Shown in pieces: positions 19,678 to 28,693 of a stretch of DNA of 64,000 nt. Both the position numbers and the translations under genes were made by a program. The notes under the pieces are model-generated. The model did not search any database and was not told the origin of the DNA. It was given only the letters and a program-made list of their open reading frames with translations. The first letter of the stretch is position 1, and the number at the start of each line of letters is the position of its first letter. Location of the stretch: the IMG/VR virus record IMGVR_UViG_3300009151_000044, positions 30,009 to 94,008 of that record; one strand, given 5' to 3'. Source of the DNA: a virus.

Positions 19678-20693
19678 TATTTTTCCTCAAATAAATTTTG
19701 TACAGCTAGTACAGTCGGGTACCTTGCCTGGAATGGTTCTGCGTATGATTGAATATTGTCAGCAATCTTTTTCATATCGTAACTATTACAGAATTTTAGC
19801 ATACGTATACCTACTTGAGTAATCTCTTTAGGCACAGCATACGTATCGATAGTTTCTTTAATCAATGCCTTGATATTATCTGGCTGTGCTGTTAGATCAC
19901 ACAGTTGTACATTACGTTGATAGTCTTCTAATACTCTATGTTCTTCGCCATTATGGTCGGTCCAACGTTGCAACATGAGATTGTTCCACGAATATCCTTT
20001 GGATTTACGGTCCTCAAATGCTTCAGTCAACCCGACTTTATTTTTAGTTCCCTTAACACGAACTCCCGGATATGCCGAAAAGACATTATCGCTAGTGTCG
20101 CCACGCATACACTTTTCAAATAGTAACCATTCTGGATTCGGAACTTCTTTAGGTTCTTTTGTTTTTTTGTCAATAACAAGTTTACCTTTTTTATCAAATA
20201 TACCATTAATGGTATGTGTCTCTTCAGCAACACCGTTATATTGTTTTACGTTGCCTGACAGTAGTTGATAAAAATCTCTATCTGTTGAGATAATAACATG
20301 ATCAGCCATAGGATGAGCTTGAATAAATCCCGCAATCAAATCGTCAGCTTCTAGTTGATTATGTTGTAGTACAGTACAGTTAGTTTTTTCTGTCACAAAT
20401 GTTTTAAACTCGTCAAATGCTTCCCAGAATACTTTTTCTTCTTCAGCTTCTTTTACTGTATGTGCGGCACGGGCTTCAGCTCGATTAGCTTTATACGGGG
20501 CATAATGATCTTTACGCCAGCTACGACCTTCGAGACAGAACACTACATGAGTACCACCGAAGTCTTGCCAAGCCTTCTTGATACTGTTAAATGTAATATG
20601 AAATGCCATGCCGAGTTTAATCTCAGCATTGCCTTGTACTACATGTCTAGCACGAAAAAATGTGTTAGCAGTATCAACTAAAATATATGTCAT
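19677..20693 (-). CDS. rnh: T4 RNase H-like 5'-3' exonuclease (FEN family)
   Basis: LVDTAN, SWRK..YKANR, LEADDLI, STDRDFYQL, RGDTSDNV. Confidence 0.9.
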   Translation of the reverse strand: MTYILVDTANTFFRARHVVQGNAEIKLGMAFHITFNSIKKAWQDFGGTHVVFCLEGRSWRKDHYAPYKANRAEARAAHTVKEAEEEKVFWEAFDEFKTFVTEKTNCTVLQHNQLEADDLIAGFIQAHPMADHVIISTDRDFYQLLSGNVKQYNGVAEETHTINGIFDKKGKLVIDKKTKEPKEVPNPEWLLFEKCMRGDTSDNVFSAYPGVRVKGTKNKVGLTEAFEDRKSKGYSWNNLMLQRWTDHNGEEHRVLEDYQRNVQLCDLTAQPDNIKALIKETIDTYAVPKEITQVGIRMLKFCNSYDMKKIADNIQSYAEPFQARYPTVLAVQNLFEEK

Positions 20694-21100
20694 TCTATTT
20701 GTGCTCTATTGTTACCAAGTCTTGTTACATTAACATAACCAGCAGTCCGATCTTTAGCTTCCATACCTTCACCTTGAATCATGGAACTATACAAATCTCG
20801 AAACCACCGATCAACAATTTGTTCATCTGGATCACCGTCAAATCCGTAACCAGCTTGTTTCAATTGTACTATAAACAGGTCGTTCCAGTCAAGCTCAAAA
20901 AAGCCATTTCTTGGATTGTCTTTATTAACTTTGGTGTCCAATACGCTAACCCAAGGCTCACCTCGAGCAGTAGCACGTTCTTTTGGTGCTAGTTTAGCAA
21001 TACGTTCATCTTCTTTAGCCTGAGCAGTTTCTAACTGTGCTTGCTCTTTCTCGGCAAGAAGCTTGTCTATACCAAACATCTTTCTAATAAATTGTTTCAT
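20690..21100 (-). CDS. Hypothetical protein
   Basis: ORF coupled to the queE stop; FFELDWN motif. Confidence 0.6.
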   Translation of the reverse strand: MKQFIRKMFGIDKLLAEKEQAQLETAQAKEDERIAKLAPKERATARGEPWVSVLDTKVNKDNPRNGFFELDWNDLFIVQLKQAGYGFDGDPDEQIVDRWFRDLYSSMIQGEGMEAKDRTAGYVNVTRLGNNRAQIE

Positions 21101-21954
21101 TAAGTTCCCCACTCATTTTTAAATAGTGGCACTTGTAAACGGTCACTATAACGTAATCCGTGCTTCATAGCCATTATTGCCACATTTTTATTATTCAATG
21201 CGTAAACACTTTCCACACCGCCCACTGGCATTAGATAAACGTGTCCTTTAAATCCTGCTTTACGATATGCGGCAATGGCACATTCAGCATCAGCAAAGTC
21301 TTGTTCAGTAGCAATAACAAACTTCAAATACGCTGTGCCGACTTCTTCATATTCACAAACTACTTCTGGAAGAATAGCTTCTTCCCACTTTTCACCACTA
21401 CATGGAAGTTTAGCACTTACGCTAAATGTAATTTCTTTATTTTCACACCCATAGGCCCAAAAATTGTCAATCAAATATTGTTTAAATTCTGATGTAAGTT
21501 TTTGAGTGCCGTTAGTTTCAAAAGTGATTTCTTTAAGACCTTGCATCTTAGGGTGACTTAACAAGTCTGGGTAAGCACGTTGCCAGCCCAATAACGGTTC
21601 TCCACCTGTAATAACCAAGTGTTCATCCTTCCAATGATCCTGTGGAAGAATTTCCATAATACGATCTGCGATTGCTTCGCTAGTAAGCATAGGGCTAAGT
21701 TCTTTAAAACTAGGATGCCACGATGCGTAGCTATCACACCCTGTGCTAACTAATGGCAAGTCTTCATATTTTGTAAACATGTGAGATACGCTGGCAATTT
21801 CTTCGGCTTCTTCACTCAACATGCCTCGACTCATACCAAATCCAGCACATTTAAAGTTACAACCAAATGTACGTAAGAACACACTTGGTACACCCATATA
21901 ACGTCCTTCTCCTTGGATTGAATAAAATAACTCGGCTATTTTAATTTTTGACAT
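21100..21954 (-). CDS. queE: 7-carboxy-7-deazaguanine synthase (radical SAM)
   Basis: ELFYSIQGEG..GVPSVFLRTFGCN, ITGGEPLL, FETNGT, SDRLQ; folE nearby. Confidence 0.85.
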   Translation of the reverse strand: MSKIKIAELFYSIQGEGRYMGVPSVFLRTFGCNFKCAGFGMSRGMLSEEAEEIASVSHMFTKYEDLPLVSTGCDSYASWHPSFKELSPMLTSEAIADRIMEILPQDHWKDEHLVITGGEPLLGWQRAYPDLLSHPKMQGLKEITFETNGTQKLTSEFKQYLIDNFWAYGCENKEITFSVSAKLPCSGEKWEEAILPEVVCEYEEVGTAYLKFVIATEQDFADAECAIAAYRKAGFKGHVYLMPVGGVESVYALNNKNVAIMAMKHGLRYSDRLQVPLFKNEWGT

Positions 21955-22282
21955 TTTTCTTCCTAAAATCTTCTACATCGTCTATTGCTAGTTTTAAAGT
22001 TTCTGCATAGTTTAAAGCACCTTGAGCTTTCAAACAAACAGTTGCTTGGGTATCAATATATCCTTTGGTAAGCAGAGTCCAGATATGATGCCATCGTGTT
22101 TGAGTCCAAAAGTTAGATCTAGTAGTAGTATAAATTGTTACAGTAACTCCAGTGTCTTCGGCCTCTACCCAAACATTATGGTCGCATTCGGAACTACCGC
22201 ATTCGCATGTAACACGATAAACTTTTGAGTCTCCCCAATCGTTGTGTTTTAATATACCTTCTGCTGGCATTTGATAATTCAT
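21941..22282 (-). CDS. Hypothetical protein (CxC..CxH, possible Zn binding)
   Basis: VTCECGSSECDH. Confidence 0.5.
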   Translation of the reverse strand: MNYQMPAEGILKHNDWGDSKVYRVTCECGSSECDHNVWVEAEDTGVTVTIYTTTRSNFWTQTRWHHIWTLLTKGYIDTQATVCLKAQGALNYAETLKLAIDDVEDFRKKNVKN

Positions 22283-22500
22283 TCCACGCCCTCCTCAAAC
22301 CATTCATCGACCATTTGTTCCGCCTCTTCTTGTGTAAGGGCTGGTACAAAAATACGAGCAGGTTCTCCTGCTGTATGTTGTATACTAAACTTAATTACAC
22401 CATTTAATGGTACATTATTAAATTCTCTTTCTACAACAAATTCTTGTAAATTTTTAGCACGATTGATTAATTGATCAGTTAACTCTTTAGCAGTGGTCAT
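22279..22500 (-). CDS. Hypothetical protein
   Basis: 73-aa ORF coupled to folE. Confidence 0.5.
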   Translation of the reverse strand: MTTAKELTDQLINRAKNLQEFVVEREFNNVPLNGVIKFSIQHTAGEPARIFVPALTQEEAEQMVDEWFEEGVE

Positions 22501-23234
22501 TTTGAGGCATACTCCTGTTGCATTTTAATATTATCAAAGAATTCTTTCTTAGTACCCATGTCGTCTTTGAATGCGCCTTTGAGTACAGTAGTCTGTGTTA
22601 AGCTACTCTTAGCCATAATGCCACGATTTTCACAACAACCGTGAGTTGCTTGAACATAGACTGCTACGTTTTCTGATTCGGTTGCTTTTTGGATTTCTCT
22701 TGCGATGTCGTTACATAATTCTTCTTGAAGTGTGCCACGACGAGCACACCACTGAGCGATGCGAGTATATTTAGAAAGGCCAATAAGTTTGTTAGCCGCA
22801 ATAATTCCGATGTATGCCACACCTGATACAGGCTGGTGATGATGACTACACATAGAACGCAGTTCGCTACGTACAACCAACATACCTTCGTATCTATCTG
22901 CCGAATCATTTGGAAAAGCTGTTGCATCTGGTGCTGGATCATATCGACCTCCCATAATTTCGTTGTAATACATTTTAGCTAATCGTTTAGCTGTACCTCG
23001 ACTGTTAGGATCGCTTTCACGATCAATGAGCAATCGATCTAATACTACTTCAAACGCTTCAGTGGCTTCTTTAATTAAGATAGCCTTGTCTTCTTCACTA
23101 ACATACTCACTGATGTTATCGCCTGCCCAAAAGCGTTTGCCTTCTCGCTTCATTTTAAAGCGGATAGCATCTGCTAGATTAGCTTCTTCATAGCCCTTGT
23201 CGTCTATGTTATTATAATTTACTGGGTCACTCAA
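22497..23234 (-). CDS. folE: GTP cyclohydrolase I
   Basis: SMCSHHHQP, IGLSKYTRI, LQEEL, HGCCENRG; TTG start after GGAG. Confidence 0.95.
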   Translation of the reverse strand: MSDPVNYNNIDDKGYEEANLADAIRFKMKREGKRFWAGDNISEYVSEEDKAILIKEATEAFEVVLDRLLIDRESDPNSRGTAKRLAKMYYNEIMGGRYDPAPDATAFPNDSADRYEGMLVVRSELRSMCSHHHQPVSGVAYIGIIAANKLIGLSKYTRIAQWCARRGTLQEELCNDIAREIQKATESENVAVYVQATHGCCENRGIMAKSSLTQTTVLKGAFKDDMGTKKEFFDNIKMQQEYASK

Positions 23235-23275
23235 TTTATTACTCCGATGTTAAGGCAGTGGATTGCCATATGTGT

Positions 23276-23304
23276 ATTATACAATCTTATTTAGGTTTAT
23301 TCAA
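23276..23304 (-). promoter_or_regulatory. sigma70-type promoter with nested TAAATA upstream of folE
   Basis: TTGAAT-aaacctaaataagattg(17 nt)-TATAAT; TGTA-TTA-TACA mini-palindrome on the -10. Confidence 0.7.
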
Positions 23305-23502
23305 GATATTTTCTGCTCGAAGTTTGCGACAGCCTTCTTTAACAGCTATTGGATAGTCTGGGCTTATTTCAGATATTGAGCAGTCATATACTATTGTATC
23401 ACCTTTTTTTGGTAGTGATAAAAATATCATTGGTATTACTATTAGAACAGCAACAGCAATCACACCTATTTCTATAGTTTCTCGCTTAACAATATTTGAC
23501 AT
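23287..23502 (-). CDS. Small membrane-anchored protein
   Basis: N-terminal TM segment; YDCSISEISPDYP..C. Confidence 0.55.
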   Translation of the reverse strand: MSNIVKRETIEIGVIAVAVLIVIPMIFLSLPKKGDTIVYDCSISEISPDYPIAVKEGCRKLRAENILNKPK

Positions 23503-23726
23503 AGGTCAGCATCCCTCTTTGATTTGAAATAAAATTCCATCTTGTCTTCGCTCGGGTGACTAGTAAATTTATCTCCCGGCAATCCAAATACTTCTAGAAC
23601 GTCTATACATGCTTCATTCCACCAATATTTGTTTTGTCCCTTCCACGGAATTGCTACAATATATTGATAGCCATCGTCACGTGCTGGTATACGGCTATCC
23701 CAGTTAGCATGTTTTTTTGAGTTCAT
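23472..23726 (-). CDS. Hypothetical protein
   Basis: WNEACIDVLEVFGLPGDKF; likely start MNSKK. Confidence 0.5.
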   Translation of the reverse strand: MNSKKHANWDSRIPARDDGYQYIVAIPWKGQNKYWWNEACIDVLEVFGLPGDKFTSHPSEDKMEFYFKSKRDADLCQILLSEKL

Positions 23727-24285
23727 CTTGAATCCTTTTAAAGACAAATCTGTTACCAACTTCTGTATAATGATTAATAGTACCCCGTTCACTGGCCCAT
23801 AACGTACTAAGATTAATATTATGTTTTTCTATTGCTAGTGAATTAACAATTTCAACATGCGACAAACTAATATATGGAACAGCAATCATATCATGAATCT
23901 GCTTACGTAACAAATTATAAATGTCAATTTGATATTCTTCGTCGTAATGGTATTTGAAAAAATTCTTTGCTGTGTATAGATTTGTATTAAACGGTCGGAA
24001 ATGCTCAATTAAATCCGTAAGTATTAGATCACAATTTTTATGTAACCCAGATTTATGTATAGGATGATTATTAGTGTGTATCCTACTGGGACTAGTATGA
24101 CTTACTATTACTAGATCAAATTGGTTTATATCAACGCTACAAACTTGTTTATAAATTTTATATTCACCAATACCTGCTTGTGCTAGATTAGTTACCTGAT
24201 GTTGTTCGGCAAGTAATCCTACCCAACTTAAATTAGGTGTTGATAATTTAGTAGCAAAACTATCACCGGCAATTAAAATGTTCAT
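23704..24285 (-). CDS. SGNH/GDSL-like hydrolase-fold protein
   Basis: IAGDSF block I, NLAQAG block II, terminal NHY. Confidence 0.5.
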   Translation of the reverse strand: MNILIAGDSFATKLSTPNLSWVGLLAEQHQVTNLAQAGIGEYKIYKQVCSVDINQFDLVIVSHTSPSRIHTNNHPIHKSGLHKNCDLILTDLIEHFRPFNTNLYTAKNFFKYHYDEEYQIDIYNLLRKQIHDMIAVPYISLSHVEIVNSLAIEKHNINLSTLWASERGTINHYTEVGNRFVFKRIQDELKKTC

Positions 24286-24334
24286 ATAGTAACATACACG
24301 TAAGGGTAGTAGTTGACTATAAACACAGTCCTAC

Positions 24335-24706
24335 TCATTTTTTGTAATTTCCTTTTTCAGGTATAACATGTCTAACACCGCCACGTGGGTCTTCCATATC
24401 TCCGTTGCGTCTTGGAATCATATGTATGTGCGGATACATCACTGTTTGACCAGCTGCCGCACCGCAGTTTTGTCCAATATTATACCCGTCCCATTGTTCA
24501 TTAATAATACCATCATACCCAAATTTATGTGCAGCTTTATAACAGGCAATAATGTTATCAAACTTTTCCTGTGTTGGTACAAACAATAAGTGCCCATCTG
24601 TAACAGCATACGCATCTCTAAAGACCCAAAAGTCTTTAGCTCTGTATTCGATTTCAGTCCATGGTGCTCGACGTTCGTCAAGTGCTTGTTCTAGATCTGT
24701 TTTCAT
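24335..24706 (-). CDS. HIT family hydrolase
   Basis: GHLLFVP, NIGQNCGAAAGQTVMYPHIHMIPR. Confidence 0.9.
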   Translation of the reverse strand: MKTDLEQALDERRAPWTEIEYRAKDFWVFRDAYAVTDGHLLFVPTQEKFDNIIACYKAAHKFGYDGIINEQWDGYNIGQNCGAAAGQTVMYPHIHMIPRRNGDMEDPRGGVRHVIPEKGNYKK

Positions 24707-24860
24707 TTTCCAAAAATTTAATTTCGTCTTGAATATACTCACGGTACTCAGTTAGTACTCCCAACTTTCTTCCAGAGTCTCCTGTAGCCCTAAGTTTTTC
24801 TAAATCTTGATCTATAACTTTTAGTTTTGCTTTAAGATCGTCTACGGTTAACTCGCTCAT
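24678..24860 (-). CDS. Small coiled-coil hypothetical protein
   Basis: 60-aa ORF in operon. Confidence 0.45.
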   Translation of the reverse strand: MSELTVDDLKAKLKVIDQDLEKLRATGDSGRKLGVLTEYREYIQDEIKFLENENRSRTST

Positions 24861-25054
24861 TTGCTAGTTCCAAATCTTAATCCGCTAGCACTGCCTAATA
24901 GAATTGCAAATGCCGCCCAAGTTTCCCAAGTATATGGGATATGTAGGATAGGAAAGAGTGTATTTAAACTCCATATACCTAACAATGGTCCAATAGCGAT
25001 AGCAAATACTATCAAAATAATACCTAAAATAAGTTTAATTAATGCTGATGTCAT
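24857..25054 (-). CDS. Small membrane protein
   Basis: Hydrophobic; IWSLNTLFP..IPYTWETW. Confidence 0.55.
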   Translation of the reverse strand: MTSALIKLILGIILIVFAIAIGPLLGIWSLNTLFPILHIPYTWETWAAFAILLGSASGLRFGTSK

Positions 25055-25542
25055 AACCAATAATCCTCCCAAGGATAAACTAACCAACAATCTTCGTCTG
25101 CTTTATTAACTTCCCATACTGAGTAGTCTACATCTTCTTTGCTAGACAGGTTGTTCGTGAGTGTAGCAAAGCGTACAGTCTTGTGCCATATATCATTGTC
25201 CCAGCGTATAGCACTGGGCAATGCTGATTCACGCCAGTCTTGTTTGATCCAGGCAATTGTGCTACCTTGGTCATTGATGTCATCTACTATAAGGATATTT
25301 TTACCTTCATACGCATCTTCTGCCATGCCGCAGTTGCTGACAGTATCGCCGCCATCACGCAAACTGATATCTAGGCTGTTCATCTTAATGCCAGTGTACT
25401 GACTCAGCAGATTAGCGGGAACAAGACCTCCGCGACCAATACCTACAATGTAATCTGGACGCCAATTATGTACTGACATTTGCCTGGAAATTTCCAAGCA
25501 GGCACCCTCTACTTGCGACCAAGTATAGTAAATCTTTTTCAT
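25051..25542 (-). CDS. Purine phosphoribosyltransferase (Gpt-like)
   Basis: IVGIGRGGLVPA, PRPP loop ILIVDDINDQGST, WLVYPWE. Confidence 0.9.
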   Translation of the reverse strand: MKKIYYTWSQVEGACLEISRQMSVHNWRPDYIVGIGRGGLVPANLLSQYTGIKMNSLDISLRDGGDTVSNCGMAEDAYEGKNILIVDDINDQGSTIAWIKQDWRESALPSAIRWDNDIWHKTVRFATLTNNLSSKEDVDYSVWEVNKADEDCWLVYPWEDYWL

Positions 25543-25772
25543 GCTGTTAGTGCTGTAGCCAGAGTTGCCATTTCTTCTTTAGTCATAAAGAAATTATATA
25601 CCGCTGTGTCTCGAACTTCGCCATCGAGCCCTAATGTTTGCTGTTCAAAGTCGACACTGAATAATCCTTTAGGCATTAGTACTTCGTGTTTTTTCAACAC
25701 CAGACGAAATCCTTCGTGATCTTTAATAACTGTTTCCGTATAGGTATTTCTAATTGATTCATGTAGTTCCAT
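25539..25772 (-). CDS. Hypothetical protein
   Basis: ORF coupled to the PRTase; likely start MELHES. Confidence 0.5.
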   Translation of the reverse strand: MELHESIRNTYTETVIKDHEGFRLVLKKHEVLMPKGLFSVDFEQQTLGLDGEVRDTAVYNFFMTKEEMATLATALTA

Positions 25773-26169
25773 TTTCATCTCCTTTAATTGCTTCAAATGT
25801 TCTGTATTTGCCCAATGCTGTAATGTATTCGTTATACAGTTTCTTCAGCTTCGGATGCTTACGTTCTAGTATAACATCTCTTTCAGGAATTGCCAAGACT
25901 TTTTCAATGGTGTCTAACCGTTCTTCTAAATCTCGTCCGTTGATAACCATATTACCTTTAACTTCTATAGTAGGGGGATTAGTTTGATTAATCTTCATTA
26001 CTGTGTCATACGGATTAGAAGGATTAGCCCAATTAGTTGTACCAGTACCTGTGGTTGTATAAATCTGCCCAGGTTGTCCGGTAGTATGTACCGTATTGTT
26101 TCCGTATAATACACTAGGCATTTTTACGGTCGTCAAGATATTTGCCATTTGGTATCCATTTATTATCAA
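25759..26169 (-). CDS. Hypothetical protein
   Basis: Thr-rich N-terminus, helical C-terminus; start uncertain. Confidence 0.5.
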   Translation of the reverse strand: MIINGYQMANILTTVKMPSVLYGNNTVHTTGQPGQIYTTTGTGTTNWANPSNPYDTVMKINQTNPPTIEVKGNMVINGRDLEERLDTIEKVLAIPERDVILERKHPKLKKLYNEYITALGKYRTFEAIKGDENGTT

Positions 26170-26596
26170 CTAAAAAACCCCATTCTCTTTTTTGAGGACC
26201 TGGCATAAACAATGTCCAAGCAGTTACACTTTCTTTTAATTCAATACGATGATAACTGTTAGGACTACAGATGCGGAAATGCCCAGGACCTCTCCAATAT
26301 TTTATTTCGTTAATCTTTTCGCCAAGGGTATTGAACACCGGCACCCATTCATAGTACCCACCTGCTAAAATTAAGGTAGCATACGGCCATGGATGATCAT
26401 GGACATCGTCCGGATCACCTTTTAAAAACTTGTGTAGAAATATATTAAACGGAAACTTTTTTCGATCTTTAAGGAACAAGTAGTACCGTTCTAAGTATGG
26501 CTCGTTGTTCACACGATCCATAATGATAATTTTACGACCACGTTTTTCTAACCATCTAAGGCTTTGCTCTTTGATCTTTTGGAGTATCATAGTCAT
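26114..26596 (-). CDS. Cupin-fold protein
   Basis: YLERYYL, HDHPWP..ILAGGYYE, HRIEL, WTLF..G..REWGF. Confidence 0.7.
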   Translation of the reverse strand: MTMILQKIKEQSLRWLEKRGRKIIIMDRVNNEPYLERYYLFLKDRKKFPFNIFLHKFLKGDPDDVHDHPWPYATLILAGGYYEWVPVFNTLGEKINEIKYWRGPGHFRICSPNSYHRIELKESVTAWTLFMPGPQKREWGFLVDNKWIPNGKYLDDRKNA

Positions 26597-26972
26597 CTTT
26601 TACAAGTTTATAAACTGTCTTAAATTTTTCAAACGCTATTGCTAGCCCGGGATACTGTTTACACATCTCCTCAACTCTAGACCAATCTGGGAATTTGTTA
26701 ATCCATTCGTCCCCGCCACTCCATATACTTGACATATCAATGCCACTAATAGTATTAATAGTAGAGCCATTAGTAAAACAAACAGACCCGGTACTAATTG
26801 TATTTGGATAACATGGAATACATGGATTAGTATAATATGCTAAACCTGAGGTAGATAATGTTATAGTGCTTAAATCAATAGTATTACTAGCATAACTATT
26901 ATCAGTAAAAGTAATAGTGTCTCCACTACTTAATGTTGTTAAGTAATCCGTTTGCGCTAAAGAAGTTGTCAT
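26556..26972 (-). CDS. Hypothetical protein
   Basis: Thr/Ser-rich N-terminus, MCKQYPGLAIAFEKFKTVY C-terminus; start uncertain. Confidence 0.5.
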   Translation of the reverse strand: MTTSLAQTDYLTTLSSGDTITFTDNSYASNTIDLSTITLSTSGLAYYTNPCIPCYPNTISTGSVCFTNGSTINTISGIDMSSIWSGGDEWINKFPDWSRVEEMCKQYPGLAIAFEKFKTVYKLVKDDYDTPKDQRAKP

Positions 26973-28026
26973 GTAAAGCCTCCGCTTGTTTTTTAATGGA
27001 CGGAATCATTTGTTGATAATTGTCCATGTACTGTATTATGCGTCCGCACAAGTCTGGACGAAATACTTCATACGCTTCAAAACTTTCAGTCCACTTGCTT
27101 GGGTATTTGAAAGTGTCAAAATACATCTCGGTGTAGCTAAGTCTATCCGGCACCATAGGAACGGCATCTACTACTGCCCCTTCATAGCAACTGATGCCCA
27201 GCGTTTCTTGTAAGTTAGCACTGAACACTAATTTAGCTTCACCTAATAATTTATGATATTCGTCTTTAGATAATGCTCGATCTTGGCAAACTACAAATTC
27301 ATATTGTGGTAAGTGAGTAGCCAAGTCTCTAAAAATCTCAACTTGTTTCTCAGGAGCAATTCTGTGTGGGAATAGAATAAGATCACGCTTAGTCATATTT
27401 TTGTATGGGCTTAGTGTAGCATCCATATATTCCATTGGCCAACCAGTACGCACAAACTTATCACTAAATGTACCGGCACGTAGTTCTGTCAAATCTTCTT
27501 CAAACCACGGATTCTCTGTTGGAAAATCATTTAATAGATTTGTAAACAGTAGCTCAATATGAAATTGTGTAGCAAAGTAATTATAGTCAAACGCCGCAAA
27601 GAATGATTTCTCAGCGTGTCTAACCCAGGGCTTGTTGCCAACAAGCCGCCCTAGGAAATCTTGAGGATCATAACTGCCAGCATGCCATAATCCATGTGTA
27701 GTCACAGGTATCTGTAACAGTTCACTCATGTACTTTAAGTTTATGATGCCAGGATGCCAAGCATCAGCAAAGATGAAGTGATCGCCAGGAGCCACTGATC
27801 CGGAGCAAAATAAACGACCCATTTGCTCAACCTGACTAGCCTTGTATATATTGGTACCACCAAAATTAAGAAAAGCGCCTGGAGTAGTAGCCCGGGGAAT
27901 ATCCTCAGGGCCAGAGATAATTTGAACATTATGTCCTGCCTTTGTAAGTAACTCCGGTACATGAGTTTTCCATTGACCTGTGTACCGGGTATCTACTGCT
28001 TCTAGATCAACGAGAAAAACAGTCAT
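26926..28026 (-). CDS. GT-B fold glycosyltransferase (GT4-like)
   Basis: FPHRIAPEK; ANLQETLGISCYEG (Ex7E); PDRLSYTE. Confidence 0.8.
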   Translation of the reverse strand: MTVFLVDLEAVDTRYTGQWKTHVPELLTKAGHNVQIISGPEDIPRATTPGAFLNFGGTNIYKASQVEQMGRLFCSGSVAPGDHFIFADAWHPGIINLKYMSELLQIPVTTHGLWHAGSYDPQDFLGRLVGNKPWVRHAEKSFFAAFDYNYFATQFHIELLFTNLLNDFPTENPWFEEDLTELRAGTFSDKFVRTGWPMEYMDATLSPYKNMTKRDLILFPHRIAPEKQVEIFRDLATHLPQYEFVVCQDRALSKDEYHKLLGEAKLVFSANLQETLGISCYEGAVVDAVPMVPDRLSYTEMYFDTFKYPSKWTESFEAYEVFRPDLCGRIIQYMDNYQQMIPSIKKQAEALHDNFFSANGLLNNIK

Positions 28027-28283
28027 TAACTTTCTTGTCTGTTGTACGCTGGACGCGGATTTTTGCCTAGATACGGCTTACGCTCACCATTCCAAGACTT
28101 GCGTGGGCGTGTGCTACGCTCATACGATTGCCAAACTTTTGCCCCTCTATTATACAGATCTGCTTCGTTAAACGGCAACATCTCAATACGACAAAAATCT
28201 AACAGCTTTTCAAGATCATCAAAGATCCGAACAACGTCAGGACGGTTTTCAAAGTATGCGTAGTCTTTGTAATTCTTAGCCAT
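28026..28283 (-). CDS. Hypothetical protein
   Basis: 85 aa; IFDDLE..DFCR..FNEADLY. Confidence 0.6.
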   Translation of the reverse strand: MAKNYKDYAYFENRPDVVRIFDDLEKLLDFCRIEMLPFNEADLYNRGAKVWQSYERSTRPRKSWNGERKPYLGKNPRPAYNRQES

Positions 28284-28297
28284 AATAGCCTCTTATT

Positions 28298-28693
28298 TTA
28301 ATATTTAATGAACGAACCATTTTCTCCGTCTTCGGAGACCTCAATCCAAACCTCACGGTCTGGATACTTTTGTGAAATAGTGTCGTACAATTCGTCCGAC
28401 ATCATTTCGCAACTCTTATGATCTAGCGACAAAACACCTTGTGCGCTAGAATACAGTTGTTCAAGCCATCGCTTGAACTGTATGAATTCCACATCTCTAT
28501 CATTGTGGGTGACACTAAGCCATACCCTAAAATGGAAAATATGACGATGAGGATTAGCAAGAAACGATACATCATATTGATCTCCTGTTGCTAGGTTAGG
28601 GTCTGTAGCGGCCGCAGGATAGCAATGAATGCCTTCCTTTTGAAATGTGACCCAAATCATTTTAAGCGGGCGAATGTCTTGTTTAATAATCAT
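28298..28693 (-). CDS. QueD/PTPS-like T-fold protein (DpdL-like)
   Basis: H(GIHC), LANPHRHIF (LxxxHRHxF), SCEM, VSEDGENG; lacks the QueD CxxxHGH motif. Confidence 0.7.
   Translation of the reverse strand: MIIKQDIRPLKMIWVTFQKEGIHCYPAAATDPNLATGDQYDVSFLANPHRHIFHFRVWLSVTHNDRDVEFIQFKRWLEQLYSSAQGVLSLDHKSCEMMSDELYDTISQKYPDREVWIEVSEDGENGSFIKY

Noticed and set aside
23235-23272. preQ1 riboswitch upstream of folE
   Set aside because: No match to the class I stem-loop plus A-rich tail pattern; only a small hairpin is present.
28298-28693. Assigning the gene symbol queD
   Set aside because: The CxxxHGH motif is absent, so CPH4 synthase activity is unsupported.
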